DNA of 64,000 bases from Ruminococcus sp. Its GTDB lineage: Bacteria > Bacillota > Clostridia > Oscillospirales > Ruminococcaceae. The translations under genes were made by a program, and so were the position numbers. The notes under the pieces were generated by a model that did no database searches, was not told the origin of the DNA, and saw only the letters and a list, made by a program, of their open reading frames with translations. Positions within the stretch are counted from its first letter, which is position 1. The number at the start of each line of letters is the position of its first letter. The stretch covers positions 35,622 to 99,621 of the forward strand of contig JAFYFU010000019.1 of assembly GCA_017543595.1 (NCBI GenBank), written 5' to 3'. Below, in pieces: positions 1 to 9,451 of this stretch.

Positions 1-35
1 TCAGAAAAACGGCACAGACAATGTGCCGTTTTTTA

Positions 36-64
36 TTGAAATTTCTTAAATCATATGCTATAAT
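36..64 (+). promoter_or_regulatory. sigma-A promoter of histidine kinase gene
   Basis: TTGAAA(36-41)-17 nt-TATAAT(59-64) with extended TG; a terminator-like hairpin lies just upstream (5-35). Confidence 0.7.
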
Positions 65-98
65 TTAATTATACTTAATCAAGGGGGGCTTATTTTTC

Positions 99-1652
99 TT
101 GCTTAAAATATTTTCGGTTTTTCTTCTTATTTTCGGGCTTTTCGGTATGCTTGGCTCTCTTGCGTGGATTCTCCGCAGAGGAAACACAAATAAAGTAACA
201 ATATGCTTTGCCGTCTGTCAGGGTGCTATTGTTCTGTGGATTATCTCTCAGCTTATGATATTGTTTTCCGTCACGAAATATCAGCTATGGATAAGCTATA
301 TTGTGGGCAATATCGGGATAAGCGTATTTTCTCCCATGTGGCTTATATTCTCGTCTGAATTTTCCGACATAAAACATAAGTATATCGGATTTGCACCCGT
401 GATATCACTTTTTTCGATTATAATAACCGTCACAAACCCTTTTCACAGTCTTTACTATGCGGAATTTGAAAAGGGAAACATATCTTACGGATTGTTATTC
501 TACGTCTTTCAGGTGATATATTATATTTTTATAATAGCAGGCATTACTATGATGTGCATTAAGCACATAAGGGGCAAATCAAAAATAACAAAACAGATTA
601 TGCTTTTAACGCTGTCTGCGGCTGTTCCCATGGCTGTAAACACTCTCACGGTAACAAGAATAATAGATGTAGGAATAGAGCTTACACCGCTGTTTTTCGC
701 CTTTTCAAGCATTATGATTCTCATAGCCATAAGCCGTTTCGGACTTCTTAACATAAACAGGATAGCAATTAATGATACTATAAATAACATATCTTCCGGG
801 GTCATAGTCTTTGACAGTGAGGATAATCTCTCATACATAAACAGATATGCTGAAAATATTTTTCCTGATATATATAATTTCAATGACTTTTGCAAGAAAA
901 ATAATATCAGCAATCCCGAAAACTTAAATGAAATAAATTTAAATAATAATTATTACCATATTGAACAAAGCTTTTGCGAAAACAAATCAGGCGAATTAAT
1001 GGCGAGAATCATCGTTATAAACAATGTCACAAAATATTACGAACTCGCCGAAACCGAAAGACAATTGAGCATTGAACAGGAAAGAAACCGCATAGCTCAG
1101 GAAATTCACGACTCCGCAGGGCATACTTTCACCATGATTAGTTCCCTTGCAAGAATGTTACAGGTAAAAGCCTCGGAAAATCGGGAAATTGCTGAGTATA
1201 TCAGCGAAATAGACGGACTTTCAAGGAGCGGTGTAACTCAGTTGAGGTGTTCAATAAATAATCTCCGTGACGATACTTTTATGACTTCCGTAACGGGCGC
1301 AGTCCGTTCAATTGCAGATGCCGTCAGAAATATAAAGATAGATTTGTGTATTCAGGGTACTGAGGACGAAAAATATTCTTTCTGTATCCGTCAGGTCTAT
1401 GACAACTGCCGTGAAACCGTCACAAATGCCATGAGATATTCAAATGCCGAACATATCGACATAATTATAAAATTCCTGCCCGAAAGACTTGAAATATATA
1501 TTCTTGACAACGGCAAGGGCTGTAAAAATATAAAAGAAAACAACGGTCTCAGCGGTATAAGGCAAAGAACAGAATCTCTCGGCGGTACGGTGCGTTTCAG
1601 TTCCGTTGAGGGCGAAGGTTTTACAACAATAATGAAATTTCCGGTTAAATAA
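99..1652 (+). CDS. Membrane sensor histidine kinase (N-terminal 7TM-type domain, HisKA_3/NarX-like kinase core)
   Basis: Multiple TM helices in first ~215 aa; ERNRIAQEIHDSAGH H-box; ETVTNAMRY N-box; DNGKG and GLSGIRQR G-boxes; TTG start. Confidence 0.9.
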   Translation: MLKIFSVFLLIFGLFGMLGSLAWILRRGNTNKVTICFAVCQGAIVLWIISQLMILFSVTKYQLWISYIVGNIGISVFSPMWLIFSSEFSDIKHKYIGFAPVISLFSIIITVTNPFHSLYYAEFEKGNISYGLLFYVFQVIYYIFIIAGITMMCIKHIRGKSKITKQIMLLTLSAAVPMAVNTLTVTRIIDVGIELTPLFFAFSSIMILIAISRFGLLNINRIAINDTINNISSGVIVFDSEDNLSYINRYAENIFPDIYNFNDFCKKNNISNPENLNEINLNNNYYHIEQSFCENKSGELMARIIVINNVTKYYELAETERQLSIEQERNRIAQEIHDSAGHTFTMISSLARMLQVKASENREIAEYISEIDGLSRSGVTQLRCSINNLRDDTFMTSVTGAVRSIADAVRNIKIDLCIQGTEDEKYSFCIRQVYDNCRETVTNAMRYSNAEHIDIIIKFLPERLEIYILDNGKGCKNIKENNGLSGIRQRTESLGGTVRFSSVEGEGFTTIMKFPVK

Positions 1653-1685
1653 ATTCGGAATTAGAAATTCGGAATGCGGAATTAT
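1651..1685. repeat. Short heptamer tandem repeat (RAATTCG-like x5)
   Basis: AAATTCG GAATTAG AAATTCG GAATGCG GAATTAT directly after kinase stop. Confidence 0.55.
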
Positions 1686-1735
1686 TAAAAATTTAAGTAA
1701 AGGGGGCTTGGGGGCGAAATTTCCCCATTCAAAAT

Positions 1736-2362
1736 ATGATAAATGTTATTATTGCCGATGATGTGAAAATTCTGCGTGAGGGGCTTAAAGCCGTTCTCTC
1801 ACAGGAAGAATCAATAAAAGTTATAGCAGAGGCTTCAAACGGAAAAGAGGCTTTTGAAATGAGTGTCAGATATAAGCCCGATGTTGTTCTTATGGATATG
1901 CGTATGCCCGAATATGACGGCAGCTACGGCACACGGGAAATAAAACAGAAATTAAACGGCGTTAAAGTCCTTGTGCTGACTACCTTTGACGACAAGGAAA
2001 CTGTAAACAAGGCGATGTCAAGCGGTGCGGACGGCTATATCCTCAAAGAAATGGACAACGAACAGATTATAAATTCAATAAAAGCCGTTGCGGGCGGTAT
2101 AAATGTTTTCTGCGACAATATTTTCCGTTCAATAAAAAAAGAAACATCTGTTCCGCAGGATTCAAGGAGCTTCGACCTCACAGAACGGGAGAAAGATTTT
2201 CTGCGCCTTATATGTGACGGCTGTGACAATAAAGAAATAGCGTCAAAATTATTTCTTGCGGAGGGTACTGTCAGAAACGGCATTTCAAAACTCCTCGAAA
2301 AATTAAATCTCAAAGACAGAACACAGCTTGCGGTTTTCGCAATAAAAAATAATATAATTTAG
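1736..2362 (+). CDS. NarL/FixJ-family response regulator
   Basis: REC domain (ADD, VLMDMRMP phospho-Asp, GYILK) plus LuxR HTH (LTEREKD...NKEIA...L.EGTVRN). Confidence 0.95.
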   Translation: MINVIIADDVKILREGLKAVLSQEESIKVIAEASNGKEAFEMSVRYKPDVVLMDMRMPEYDGSYGTREIKQKLNGVKVLVLTTFDDKETVNKAMSSGADGYILKEMDNEQIINSIKAVAGGINVFCDNIFRSIKKETSVPQDSRSFDLTEREKDFLRLICDGCDNKEIASKLFLAEGTVRNGISKLLEKLNLKDRTQLAVFAIKNNII

Positions 2363-2371
2363 ATATTATTC

Positions 2372-2473
2372 AAAATGGGGGCAATTTTCGCCTTTTGAGG
2401 CTTGCCTGTTCACTCACTTCATTGCATTGCGTTCGTTCATACGGCAAGGGCGAAATTTCCCCCAAGCCCCCTT
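2372..2473. repeat. REP-like structured repeat copy, flanked by 30-bp direct repeats
   Basis: Nested inverted arms AATTTTCGCC/GGCGAAATTT and CTTGCC/GGCAAG around TTCACTC...CGTTC core; homologous to 14775-15090 and 43749-43848. Confidence 0.7.
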
Positions 2474-2626
2474 GAATTTTCGCAATAAAAAATAATATAA
2501 TTTAGACACATTTTGTTAATCATGTCAAAACTCACTAAAAATTATAAATATTTTGTGCATGATTATGAAATTTTTTTAAAAATTTTGGAATTTTAAAAAC
2601 TTTTTGTTAATATTAGTTCGCAATTA

Positions 2627-2655
2627 TTGACAAATCGCAAAACAAGTGGTACAAT
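2627..2655 (+). promoter_or_regulatory. sigma-A promoter of degV
   Basis: TTGACA-17 nt-TACAAT. Confidence 0.75.
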
Positions 2656-2707
2656 ATAAATAATAAATTTTTATTATTTATATTACGATATGAAGGGAAT
2701 GAACTGA

Positions 2708-3577
2708 ATGGAACGTGAAAAAATTCTTATCACTTGTGACAGCACTGCTGATTTGCCAAAAGAATTAATTAAGAAATACGGCATAGAAGTACTGCCTCTG
2801 AATGTTACCCTCGGCGACAAAGTTTACCATGACGGAGTTGACGTAAACCCTGACGACATATTTTCTTTTGTTTCAACAAAAGGGACTCTCCCTAAAACAA
2901 CAGAGCCTACTTCTGCGGAAACTTTCAAGTTCTTTGCACCTCTTGTGCGTGAAGGTTATCATATAATACACTTCACTATCAGCTCACAGATGTCACAGTC
3001 ATACACAAATGCAGAGATAACTGCAAAGAAACTCGGAAATATAACTGTTATCGACACGGGAACAGCTTCATGTGCAGAGGGTATGATTGTACTCAATGCC
3101 GCACAAATGCTTGAAGAAGGTCATTTTTTCAACGAAATAGTTGACAGTTCCAATTTTATGATAGGCAAGATAAGAGCGACTTTCGTTGTTGATAAAATGG
3201 ATTTTCTTTATAAGGGCGGAAGATGTTCGGCTCTCGCAAGATTTGGTGCAACAATGTTCAATATAAAGCCGAATATAATTGTTACAAAAGAGGGAAAACT
3301 CGATGTTGACAAAAAATACAGAGGAAAATTCCCTGATGCCGTTGAAAAGTTTCTTAATGAAGAACTCGGTGATGGCAGCAGCATCGACAACGACAAATTT
3401 TTCCTTGTGCATACGGGCGCAGACAGCGATATACTTGAAATGTGCGAAAAGCGCATAAAGTCCGTAGTAAAGCCGAAACACCTCTATACAGTCAAATCAG
3501 GCTGTACAATTGCATCTCACCTCGGTCCGAATGTAATTGTCCTTATATTCATGAAGAAATTCGGCGGAAGCTGGTAA
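2708..3577 (+). CDS. DegV family fatty-acid-binding protein
   Basis: ITCDSTADLP N-terminus, PKTTEP, FTISSQMSQSY, LYKGGRCS, IASHLGP motifs. Confidence 0.92.
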   Translation: MEREKILITCDSTADLPKELIKKYGIEVLPLNVTLGDKVYHDGVDVNPDDIFSFVSTKGTLPKTTEPTSAETFKFFAPLVREGYHIIHFTISSQMSQSYTNAEITAKKLGNITVIDTGTASCAEGMIVLNAAQMLEEGHFFNEIVDSSNFMIGKIRATFVVDKMDFLYKGGRCSALARFGATMFNIKPNIIVTKEGKLDVDKKYRGKFPDAVEKFLNEELGDGSSIDNDKFFLVHTGADSDILEMCEKRIKSVVKPKHLYTVKSGCTIASHLGPNVIVLIFMKKFGGSW

Positions 3578-3600
3578 TTATTTGAATTTTTAAATCTTAA

Positions 3601-3638
3601 AAAAAAATTCCCGAAAGCTTAATTGCTTTCGGGTTTTT
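3601..3638. terminator. Bidirectional intrinsic terminator
   Basis: CCCGAAAGC/GCTTTCGGG stem with A- and T-tracts between convergent genes. Confidence 0.85.
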
Positions 3639-3643
3639 GATTA

Positions 3644-5155
3644 TTACATAAGTCCAAGCTGTGATTTTTTGGAAAGTATCCTGTAAACGCTGTCATTAAT
3701 TCTGCTTTCGGAAATTGTACCGTTTCTTACGGCGTTGCATACACCCTCAACGGCTGCCGAAAGGTCATAGGGCATAAGGACTATATCAACACCTGCCTGT
3801 ATTGCCATTACCGCAGAATCTCCCGAACCGTAAACATTCGCAATAGTATTCATCTGGTGGGAATCCGTAATTATAATTCCGCCGAATCCGAGTTCATATC
3901 TGAGGAGATTTGTAACGACTTCATAGGACAAATCCGAAGGGAGATTGTCGCCTACTCCCGAAATTATCTGATGACCTACCATTATACAGCTTACACCGCC
4001 GTTTATTCCGCTCTGAAACGGGATAAATTCTTCTGCACGGAGCTGGTCAAGGGTTCTGTCTATGGTAACAAAAGAATCCGTATGAGTATTTCCGCCCTCT
4101 GCGCCAAGTCCGGGGAAATGTTTAAGCGTAGCGCAGACACCTGTGCTTTGCAGACCCCAAACAACATTATTTATCATATCGGCAACTATCTGCGGATTAC
4201 TGCTGAAAATTCTTTCGCCGAGTTCGTTGTAGGGATTTATGTTCACGTCCGCAACAGGCGCAAAATCAAGGTTGAATCCGAGATTGCTGAGATATCCGCC
4301 TATTGTACTGCCTATGTTATAGGCTGAGGCTGTATCGTCCGTTGCCCCGTAATAAGCCATATTATAGAAAGAAGTCATTCCGAGGTTATCGGCAACACGG
4401 TTTACATAACCGCCCTCCTCATCAACGGAAATAAACATTCCCACACCGCAGGTATCTTTTGCATACTGCTGGGAATTGATTATCATGCTTGCGGTCTGTT
4501 CGGAGCTTTCTATATTATTTGCAAAATAAATAATACCGCCTACGGGGTAATTTTTTATTCCCTTTTTAGTGTCCTCGCCTGCGTAGTTATCGCTGTAACC
4601 TGCAAGCTGTTCGGGGGTTACTATAAACATCTGGCAGACTTTTTCTTCAAGCGTCATATAATCCATCAACTCCTGAACGGAGGCATTTTTCGGGGGAGTT
4701 CTTTTCTCGGAGGATTCCTGAGAGTTTTCATTGTTTTCGCTGTTGTTTTCCTCATCTGAAACGATTTCGCCGTTTTCGTTGGTAGTTTCTTCTTTTTTTT
4801 CTTTTTTCTTGCCTGCATCGGGATTTTCCACGACAAGACCGTTTTCGGGGGGGGCAAAAGTCGGGAGTTCCTCTGTATTCACGGCAGTTGTTTCGGTATG
4901 TTCCTGTTTCTTTTCCTGAGTTGCAGTCTGGACAGTTTCATTTCCTGCGCCTGAACGCTTTTTGGATTTACCGCTTACAGCCTTTGTAAAGGGCGGTTCT
5001 GTTAATTCTTCCGTACTTTCCTCCGTACCTGTCTGAATATCCGTTGAAACTATCTGCGGTTCAAAATCGGAACTTTCAGCAACATCAACTTTTCCGCAGC
5101 CGCTTAAAATCATACAGCAGCCAAGTGCGGCAGTGAGAATTTTTTTGATATTCAT
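3644..5155 (-). CDS. Lipoprotein, glycoside hydrolase family 3 (NagZ-like beta-N-acetylhexosaminidase)
   Basis: Lipobox LSGC; low-complexity E/T/N linker; ISVDEEGGYVNR, APVADV, KHFPGLG...H, IITDS motifs. Confidence 0.85.
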   Translation of the reverse strand: MNIKKILTAALGCCMILSGCGKVDVAESSDFEPQIVSTDIQTGTEESTEELTEPPFTKAVSGKSKKRSGAGNETVQTATQEKKQEHTETTAVNTEELPTFAPPENGLVVENPDAGKKKEKKEETTNENGEIVSDEENNSENNENSQESSEKRTPPKNASVQELMDYMTLEEKVCQMFIVTPEQLAGYSDNYAGEDTKKGIKNYPVGGIIYFANNIESSEQTASMIINSQQYAKDTCGVGMFISVDEEGGYVNRVADNLGMTSFYNMAYYGATDDTASAYNIGSTIGGYLSNLGFNLDFAPVADVNINPYNELGERIFSSNPQIVADMINNVVWGLQSTGVCATLKHFPGLGAEGGNTHTDSFVTIDRTLDQLRAEEFIPFQSGINGGVSCIMVGHQIISGVGDNLPSDLSYEVVTNLLRYELGFGGIIITDSHQMNTIANVYGSGDSAVMAIQAGVDIVLMPYDLSAAVEGVCNAVRNGTISESRINDSVYRILSKKSQLGLM

Positions 5156-5291
5156 TTTGTTAAATCATATCCTTTCAGCCCCGTTTTTATCTTTATCTTG
5201 CGGGTATAATATTATTCTGACACATTATGATATTTAAATACAAAAAAAGCGAAAAACAAGCGGATATGCAATATATCCGCATTTAATAATT

Positions 5292-5780
5292 TTATCGGTT
5301 ATTTGTTTCGTTACCGAGATTCGGAGAAGTTTTGAGAGCAGCGGCTACTCTTTCCTTTGTACGCTTTATATCCATGAGGTTCTTGTTATAGGAAGTTTCG
5401 GTTTCGTTGAGCATTTTAGCCACTGAAAGTGCAGCGGCAGCCTCTATGTTTTTTGCAGAAGCCTGCGCCTTTGAAAGAATTTCGTAAGCTTTTTTCTTAG
5501 CCTCCTCAACAACAGCCTCCTTTGAACATATCTGGGCTGCTCTTTCCTCGGCTTTTCTTATGATAGCCTCAGCATTTATTTTAGCCTCATTGAGTATTCT
5601 CTGGCAGTCGTATTCGATTTTCTTTGCCTCTTTGAGTTCGTGGGGCAGGTTAAGCCGTATATCATTAATAAGCTCCTTCATGCGTTCGCCGTCAATAAAT
5701 TTCTTATGACCTCCAATCGGAAGCGTCATGGCTTTGTCAAGCAGAGCTTCCATTTCTTCAAGTATTTCGTCAATGCTCAT
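5292..5780 (-). CDS. Conserved coiled-coil protein downstream of coaD (DivIVA/ATPase-subunit-like)
   Basis: Helical A/E/K-rich protein, IRLNLPHELKEA motif; typical third gene of clostridial rsmD-coaD operon. Confidence 0.7.
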   Translation of the reverse strand: MSIDEILEEMEALLDKAMTLPIGGHKKFIDGERMKELINDIRLNLPHELKEAKKIEYDCQRILNEAKINAEAIIRKAEERAAQICSKEAVVEEAKKKAYEILSKAQASAKNIEAAAALSVAKMLNETETSYNKNLMDIKRTKERVAAALKTSPNLGNETNNR

Positions 5781-5799
5781 AATATCAACCTCTCAAATT

Positions 5800-6291
5800 T
5801 TATTTTTCCTTTACAAGTCTGTCCGTTATATCGCCGAGAATCTGTGACGGTACAAAGTGGCTTATATCTCCGCCGAAATAGGCTATCTGTTTTACAACGC
5901 TTGAACTGAGGTACATATTTTCCGCCGCCGTTGTCAGGAAAACAGTTTCCGCACCTGCATAGAGTTTCTTGTTTGCGAGAGCCATCTGAAATTCATACTC
6001 AAAATCGCTGACGGCACGCAGACCCTTGACAATTGCGATTGCTCCGACATTTCTCACATAATCCGCAAGCAGTCCGTCAAGAATATCAATAACGACATTA
6101 TCGAGGTCTCTTGTCACAGCCTCTATCATGAGCATACGCTCGGTAGCGGTAAAGCTCGGTGCATTTTTTCCCGCATTTCTTGAAATAAGCACAATAACCC
6201 TGTCGAAAAGCTTTGAAGCTCTTGTAATTATATCAAGGTGTCCCAGTGTAACGGGGTCAAAACTTCCGGGGCAGACGGCAATTCTTCTCAT
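5800..6291 (-). CDS. coaD: Pantetheine-phosphate adenylyltransferase
   Basis: PGSFDPVTLGHLDII, GLRAVSDFEYEFQMA, LSSSVVKQIA. Confidence 0.97.
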   Translation of the reverse strand: MRRIAVCPGSFDPVTLGHLDIITRASKLFDRVIVLISRNAGKNAPSFTATERMLMIEAVTRDLDNVVIDILDGLLADYVRNVGAIAIVKGLRAVSDFEYEFQMALANKKLYAGAETVFLTTAAENMYLSSSVVKQIAYFGGDISHFVPSQILGDITDRLVKEK

Positions 6292-6845
6292 TCTTCATCT
6301 TCCTCCTCAGAGGGCTTTATAAATATTGCAATATTTATTTTGCCATAGCTGTAAATTTTTCTGAGTTTCATATTATCGGGCGCAGAGGGTTCGGGAGCAT
6401 CTTTTTCGTATTCGCATATAATTGTTCCGCCGTCCCTGAGCTTTACGGCACACAGGGGGAGTATTTTTTCTATATGCCCGTGTCTGTAAGGAGGGTCAAG
6501 AATTATTATATCAAAAGTTTCTGATGTACTTTTAATGTAGTCATAGCTGTCTCTTGCAACAACGGCTGAACTTGACACAAAGCCAGTATTTCTGATATTT
6601 TCGTTCACACAGCTTAAAGATTTTCTTGAACTGTCAACAAAAACGGCTTTTTTTGCGCCTCTGCTGAGAGCCTCAATGCCCATCTGACCGCTTCCCGCAA
6701 AGAGGTCAAGAACACAGGAGCCTTCTATATCAAATTGTATGGCTGAAAAAACAGCCTCCTTTACTTTGTCGCCCGTAGGTCTTACGTCCATGCCTTCGGG
6801 GGCGATAAGTTTTCTTCCTCTTGCCGTACCTGTGATAACTCTCAT
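6288..6845 (-). CDS. rsmD: 16S rRNA m2G966 methyltransferase
   Basis: MRVITGTARGR, RPT.DKVKEAVF, LDLFAGSGQMGIEALSRGA, DPPY. Confidence 0.95.
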   Translation of the reverse strand: MRVITGTARGRKLIAPEGMDVRPTGDKVKEAVFSAIQFDIEGSCVLDLFAGSGQMGIEALSRGAKKAVFVDSSRKSLSCVNENIRNTGFVSSSAVVARDSYDYIKSTSETFDIIILDPPYRHGHIEKILPLCAVKLRDGGTIICEYEKDAPEPSAPDNMKLRKIYSYGKINIAIFIKPSEEEDEE

Positions 6846-7012
6846 AACAAAATCCTTTCCGTATCAGTTTACACACACTACATTATACAATATTTTCCTT
6901 AATTTGTCCATATAATTTTCAAAAATAAGTTATATCCCACAAAAAAAATATATTTTCTGTCTCTTTTTTTTACATAGCAAAAACTGATTAATGCCAAAAT
7001 TAACAAATACTA

Positions 7013-7041
7013 TTGACTAATGCAGCTTTTTGGTGTATTAT
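7013..7041 (+). promoter_or_regulatory. sigma-A promoter of GH25-ROK operon
   Basis: TTGACT-17 nt-TATTAT. Confidence 0.6.
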
Positions 7042-7083
7042 ATATAGTGTACAGGTAAAAATCTACGGGAGCAGAATCTATAA

Positions 7084-7818
7084 ATGATAAAAAAATTAAC
7101 TATTATAATGCTGGGTTTCTTCATGATTATGTGCTGTCTTGTTGTGTGTTACAGATATTCGACAGTTGTGCTGAACAAGAAAAAATACCCCGTTTTCGGC
7201 GTTGATTTGTCGCACTATCAGGGAGATGTGGACTGGAAGAAACTCGAACGGCAGGGCGTTCAGTTCGCTTTTATCAAAGCTACCGAGGGAAGCGGTCATG
7301 TGGACGAATCCGTTGCGGATAACCTTAAAAATTCCGCAGACACAAATATTGCCGTTTCCTGCTATCACTTTTTCAGTTTCGACAGCGCAGGCGAAACTCA
7401 GGCGGAAAATTTTATAAATACCGTCCCTGTTGAAAGTATTGATATGCCTCCCGTCATAGATATAGAATATTATGCGGATAAAAGCCGTAACAAGCCAAGT
7501 TTTGAGCATACGGAGGCTATTCTTACTCCTCTGCTTGAAATTCTCGAAGAACATTACGGAAAAAAGCCGATAATATATGCAAACCACTCCGTCTATCTCA
7601 GATACATCAAGGAAAAATATTCCGATTATCCGCTATGGGTCAGAAATACCCACGAAGAACCAACTTTCGCAGAATGGAAGTTCTGGCAGTATTCCGACAA
7701 GGGTATGCTTGAAGGCTATTTCGGAAAAGAAAAATATATTGACTATGATGTATACTGCGGAAGCAGAGAGGAATTTGAAAAAGAATTTGATTTATCCACA
7801 AGGAGGACCAAAAAATGA
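7084..7818 (+). CDS. GH25 lysozyme/muramidase with N-terminal membrane anchor
   Basis: GVDLSHYQG, FIKATEG, YHFF, DIEY motifs. Confidence 0.9.
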   Translation: MIKKLTIIMLGFFMIMCCLVVCYRYSTVVLNKKKYPVFGVDLSHYQGDVDWKKLERQGVQFAFIKATEGSGHVDESVADNLKNSADTNIAVSCYHFFSFDSAGETQAENFINTVPVESIDMPPVIDIEYYADKSRNKPSFEHTEAILTPLLEILEEHYGKKPIIYANHSVYLRYIKEKYSDYPLWVRNTHEEPTFAEWKFWQYSDKGMLEGYFGKEKYIDYDVYCGSREEFEKEFDLSTRRTKK

Positions 7819-8780
7819 AATACTATGTAGGAATCGACCTCGGAGGTACTAATATCGTTGCGGGCGTTGTTGATGAGGATTATAACATCATCGCCAAGGC
7901 AAGCACCAAGACAAACTGCCCCCGCCCCGACAGGGAAATTGCAAACGATATGGCTAAAATGGCTGTGCAGGCTGTAAAAAATGCAAAACTCACTCTCAGC
8001 GATATTGAATGGATAGGCATAGGCACTCCCGGTATCGCAAACAGCAAGACAGGCATTATTGAGTATTCAAACAACCTCGGATTCAAAGATACTCCGATGG
8101 TAAGATACATTGAAGAAGCTATCGGCAGAAAAGACACTCCCGTTTTCATTGAAAATGATGCAAATGCTGCGGCTTACGGTGAATTTGTCGCAGGTGCGGC
8201 AAAGGGCGCAAAAAATGCCGTATGTATCACACTCGGTACAGGCGTTGGCGGCGGAATTATCATTGACGGAAAAATTTATTCGGGTTCAAATTTCGCAGGC
8301 GCAGAAATCGGTCACACTGTTATCGAAGTTGACGGCGCACAGTGTTCATGCGGAAGAAAAGGCTGTTTTGAGGCTTATTCCTCGGCAACGGGTCTTATCC
8401 GTATGTCAAAGGAAGCTATGGAGGCATTCCCCGACAGTATCATGAATAAAATGGCTCAGGAAAAAGGAAAAGTTACTGCAAGAACTTCATTTGACGCTAT
8501 GAGGGCAGGCGACAAAACCGCAAAAGATGTCGTTGACAAATACATAAAATACCTCGCAGCAGGTATCACAAATACCATAAACATTTTCCAGCCCGATGTA
8601 CTTTGCATTGGCGGCGGCGTATGCAATGAGGGCGACCCGCTTCTCCTCCCCATGAAAGAACTTGTAAAGAAAGAAGTCTACACAAGAAATTCCGAAAAGA
8701 ACTGCGATATCGTTATCGCAAAACTCGGAAACGATGCAGGCATAATCGGTGCGGCTTTCCTCGGCAGAGCTAACCAGTAA
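7815..8780 (+). CDS. ROK-family sugar kinase (glucokinase)
   Basis: GIDLGGT, ENDANAAAYGE, TLGTGVGGG, EIGH, CSCGRKGCFE. Confidence 0.93.
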   Translation: MKYYVGIDLGGTNIVAGVVDEDYNIIAKASTKTNCPRPDREIANDMAKMAVQAVKNAKLTLSDIEWIGIGTPGIANSKTGIIEYSNNLGFKDTPMVRYIEEAIGRKDTPVFIENDANAAAYGEFVAGAAKGAKNAVCITLGTGVGGGIIIDGKIYSGSNFAGAEIGHTVIEVDGAQCSCGRKGCFEAYSSATGLIRMSKEAMEAFPDSIMNKMAQEKGKVTARTSFDAMRAGDKTAKDVVDKYIKYLAAGITNTINIFQPDVLCIGGGVCNEGDPLLLPMKELVKKEVYTRNSEKNCDIVIAKLGNDAGIIGAAFLGRANQ

Positions 8781-8923
8781 CACAAGAATACAGATATTTT
8801 CGGCTGTATGCACAAAGATATTTCCATAATTTTGTGCATATGGCTGATTTTTTATTTCATATGCAACATTTCCCCCTTTTTTTTACACTGTATTTATGAA
8901 TCGGTTCAAAGGAGGGGATTTTT

Positions 8924-9433
8924 ATGAACGATTTCCCGAAAGATGTGAAACTTGCCCGGCAGGGCGACAGTCAGGCTTTTGCAAGACTTTATGCCCTTGT
9001 ATACAAAGATATGTACCACATAGCACTTTACAGCCTCAGAAATTCCCATGATGCCTGTGATGCCGTAAGCGATGCGGTACTTGACGCATTTTCCTCAATA
9101 GGAAATTTAAGGGACGAAAACGCTTTCAGAAAATGGATATTCAAAATACTTACCGTGAAAATCAAAAACTATCAGGCGGAATATTACTCGGATACGGAGG
9201 ATTTAAACGAAATCAATGAACCCGTTGAGGAGTTTGATTACGAAAAAACAGAACTCGGTCAGGCTCTCGACAAACTCGACCCGCAGTCAAGGCTTATACT
9301 TTCAATGTCCGTCTTGGAGGGCTACACAAGCGAGGAAATTTCAAAAATATGCAGTCTCAAATCAGGTTCGGTGCGTTCAAGGCTGAAACGCATAAAGGAA
9401 CGCTTAAAGCTTGAACTTGCCGAAAAATTTTAA
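8924..9433 (+). CDS. ECF RNA polymerase sigma factor
   Basis: Regions 2 and 4.2 only; DAVSDAVL..F, FRKWIFKI, GSVRSRLKR. Confidence 0.92.
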   Translation: MNDFPKDVKLARQGDSQAFARLYALVYKDMYHIALYSLRNSHDACDAVSDAVLDAFSSIGNLRDENAFRKWIFKILTVKIKNYQAEYYSDTEDLNEINEPVEEFDYEKTELGQALDKLDPQSRLILSMSVLEGYTSEEISKICSLKSGSVRSRLKRIKERLKLELAEKF

Positions 9434-9451
9434 AGGACGGGAGATGTTCTT

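Noticed and set aside
8862-8893. Autoregulatory ECF promoter TGCAAC...TGTA upstream of the sigma gene
   Set aside because: The spacing (21 nt) is too long for the usual ECF geometry and there is no second copy to support it.
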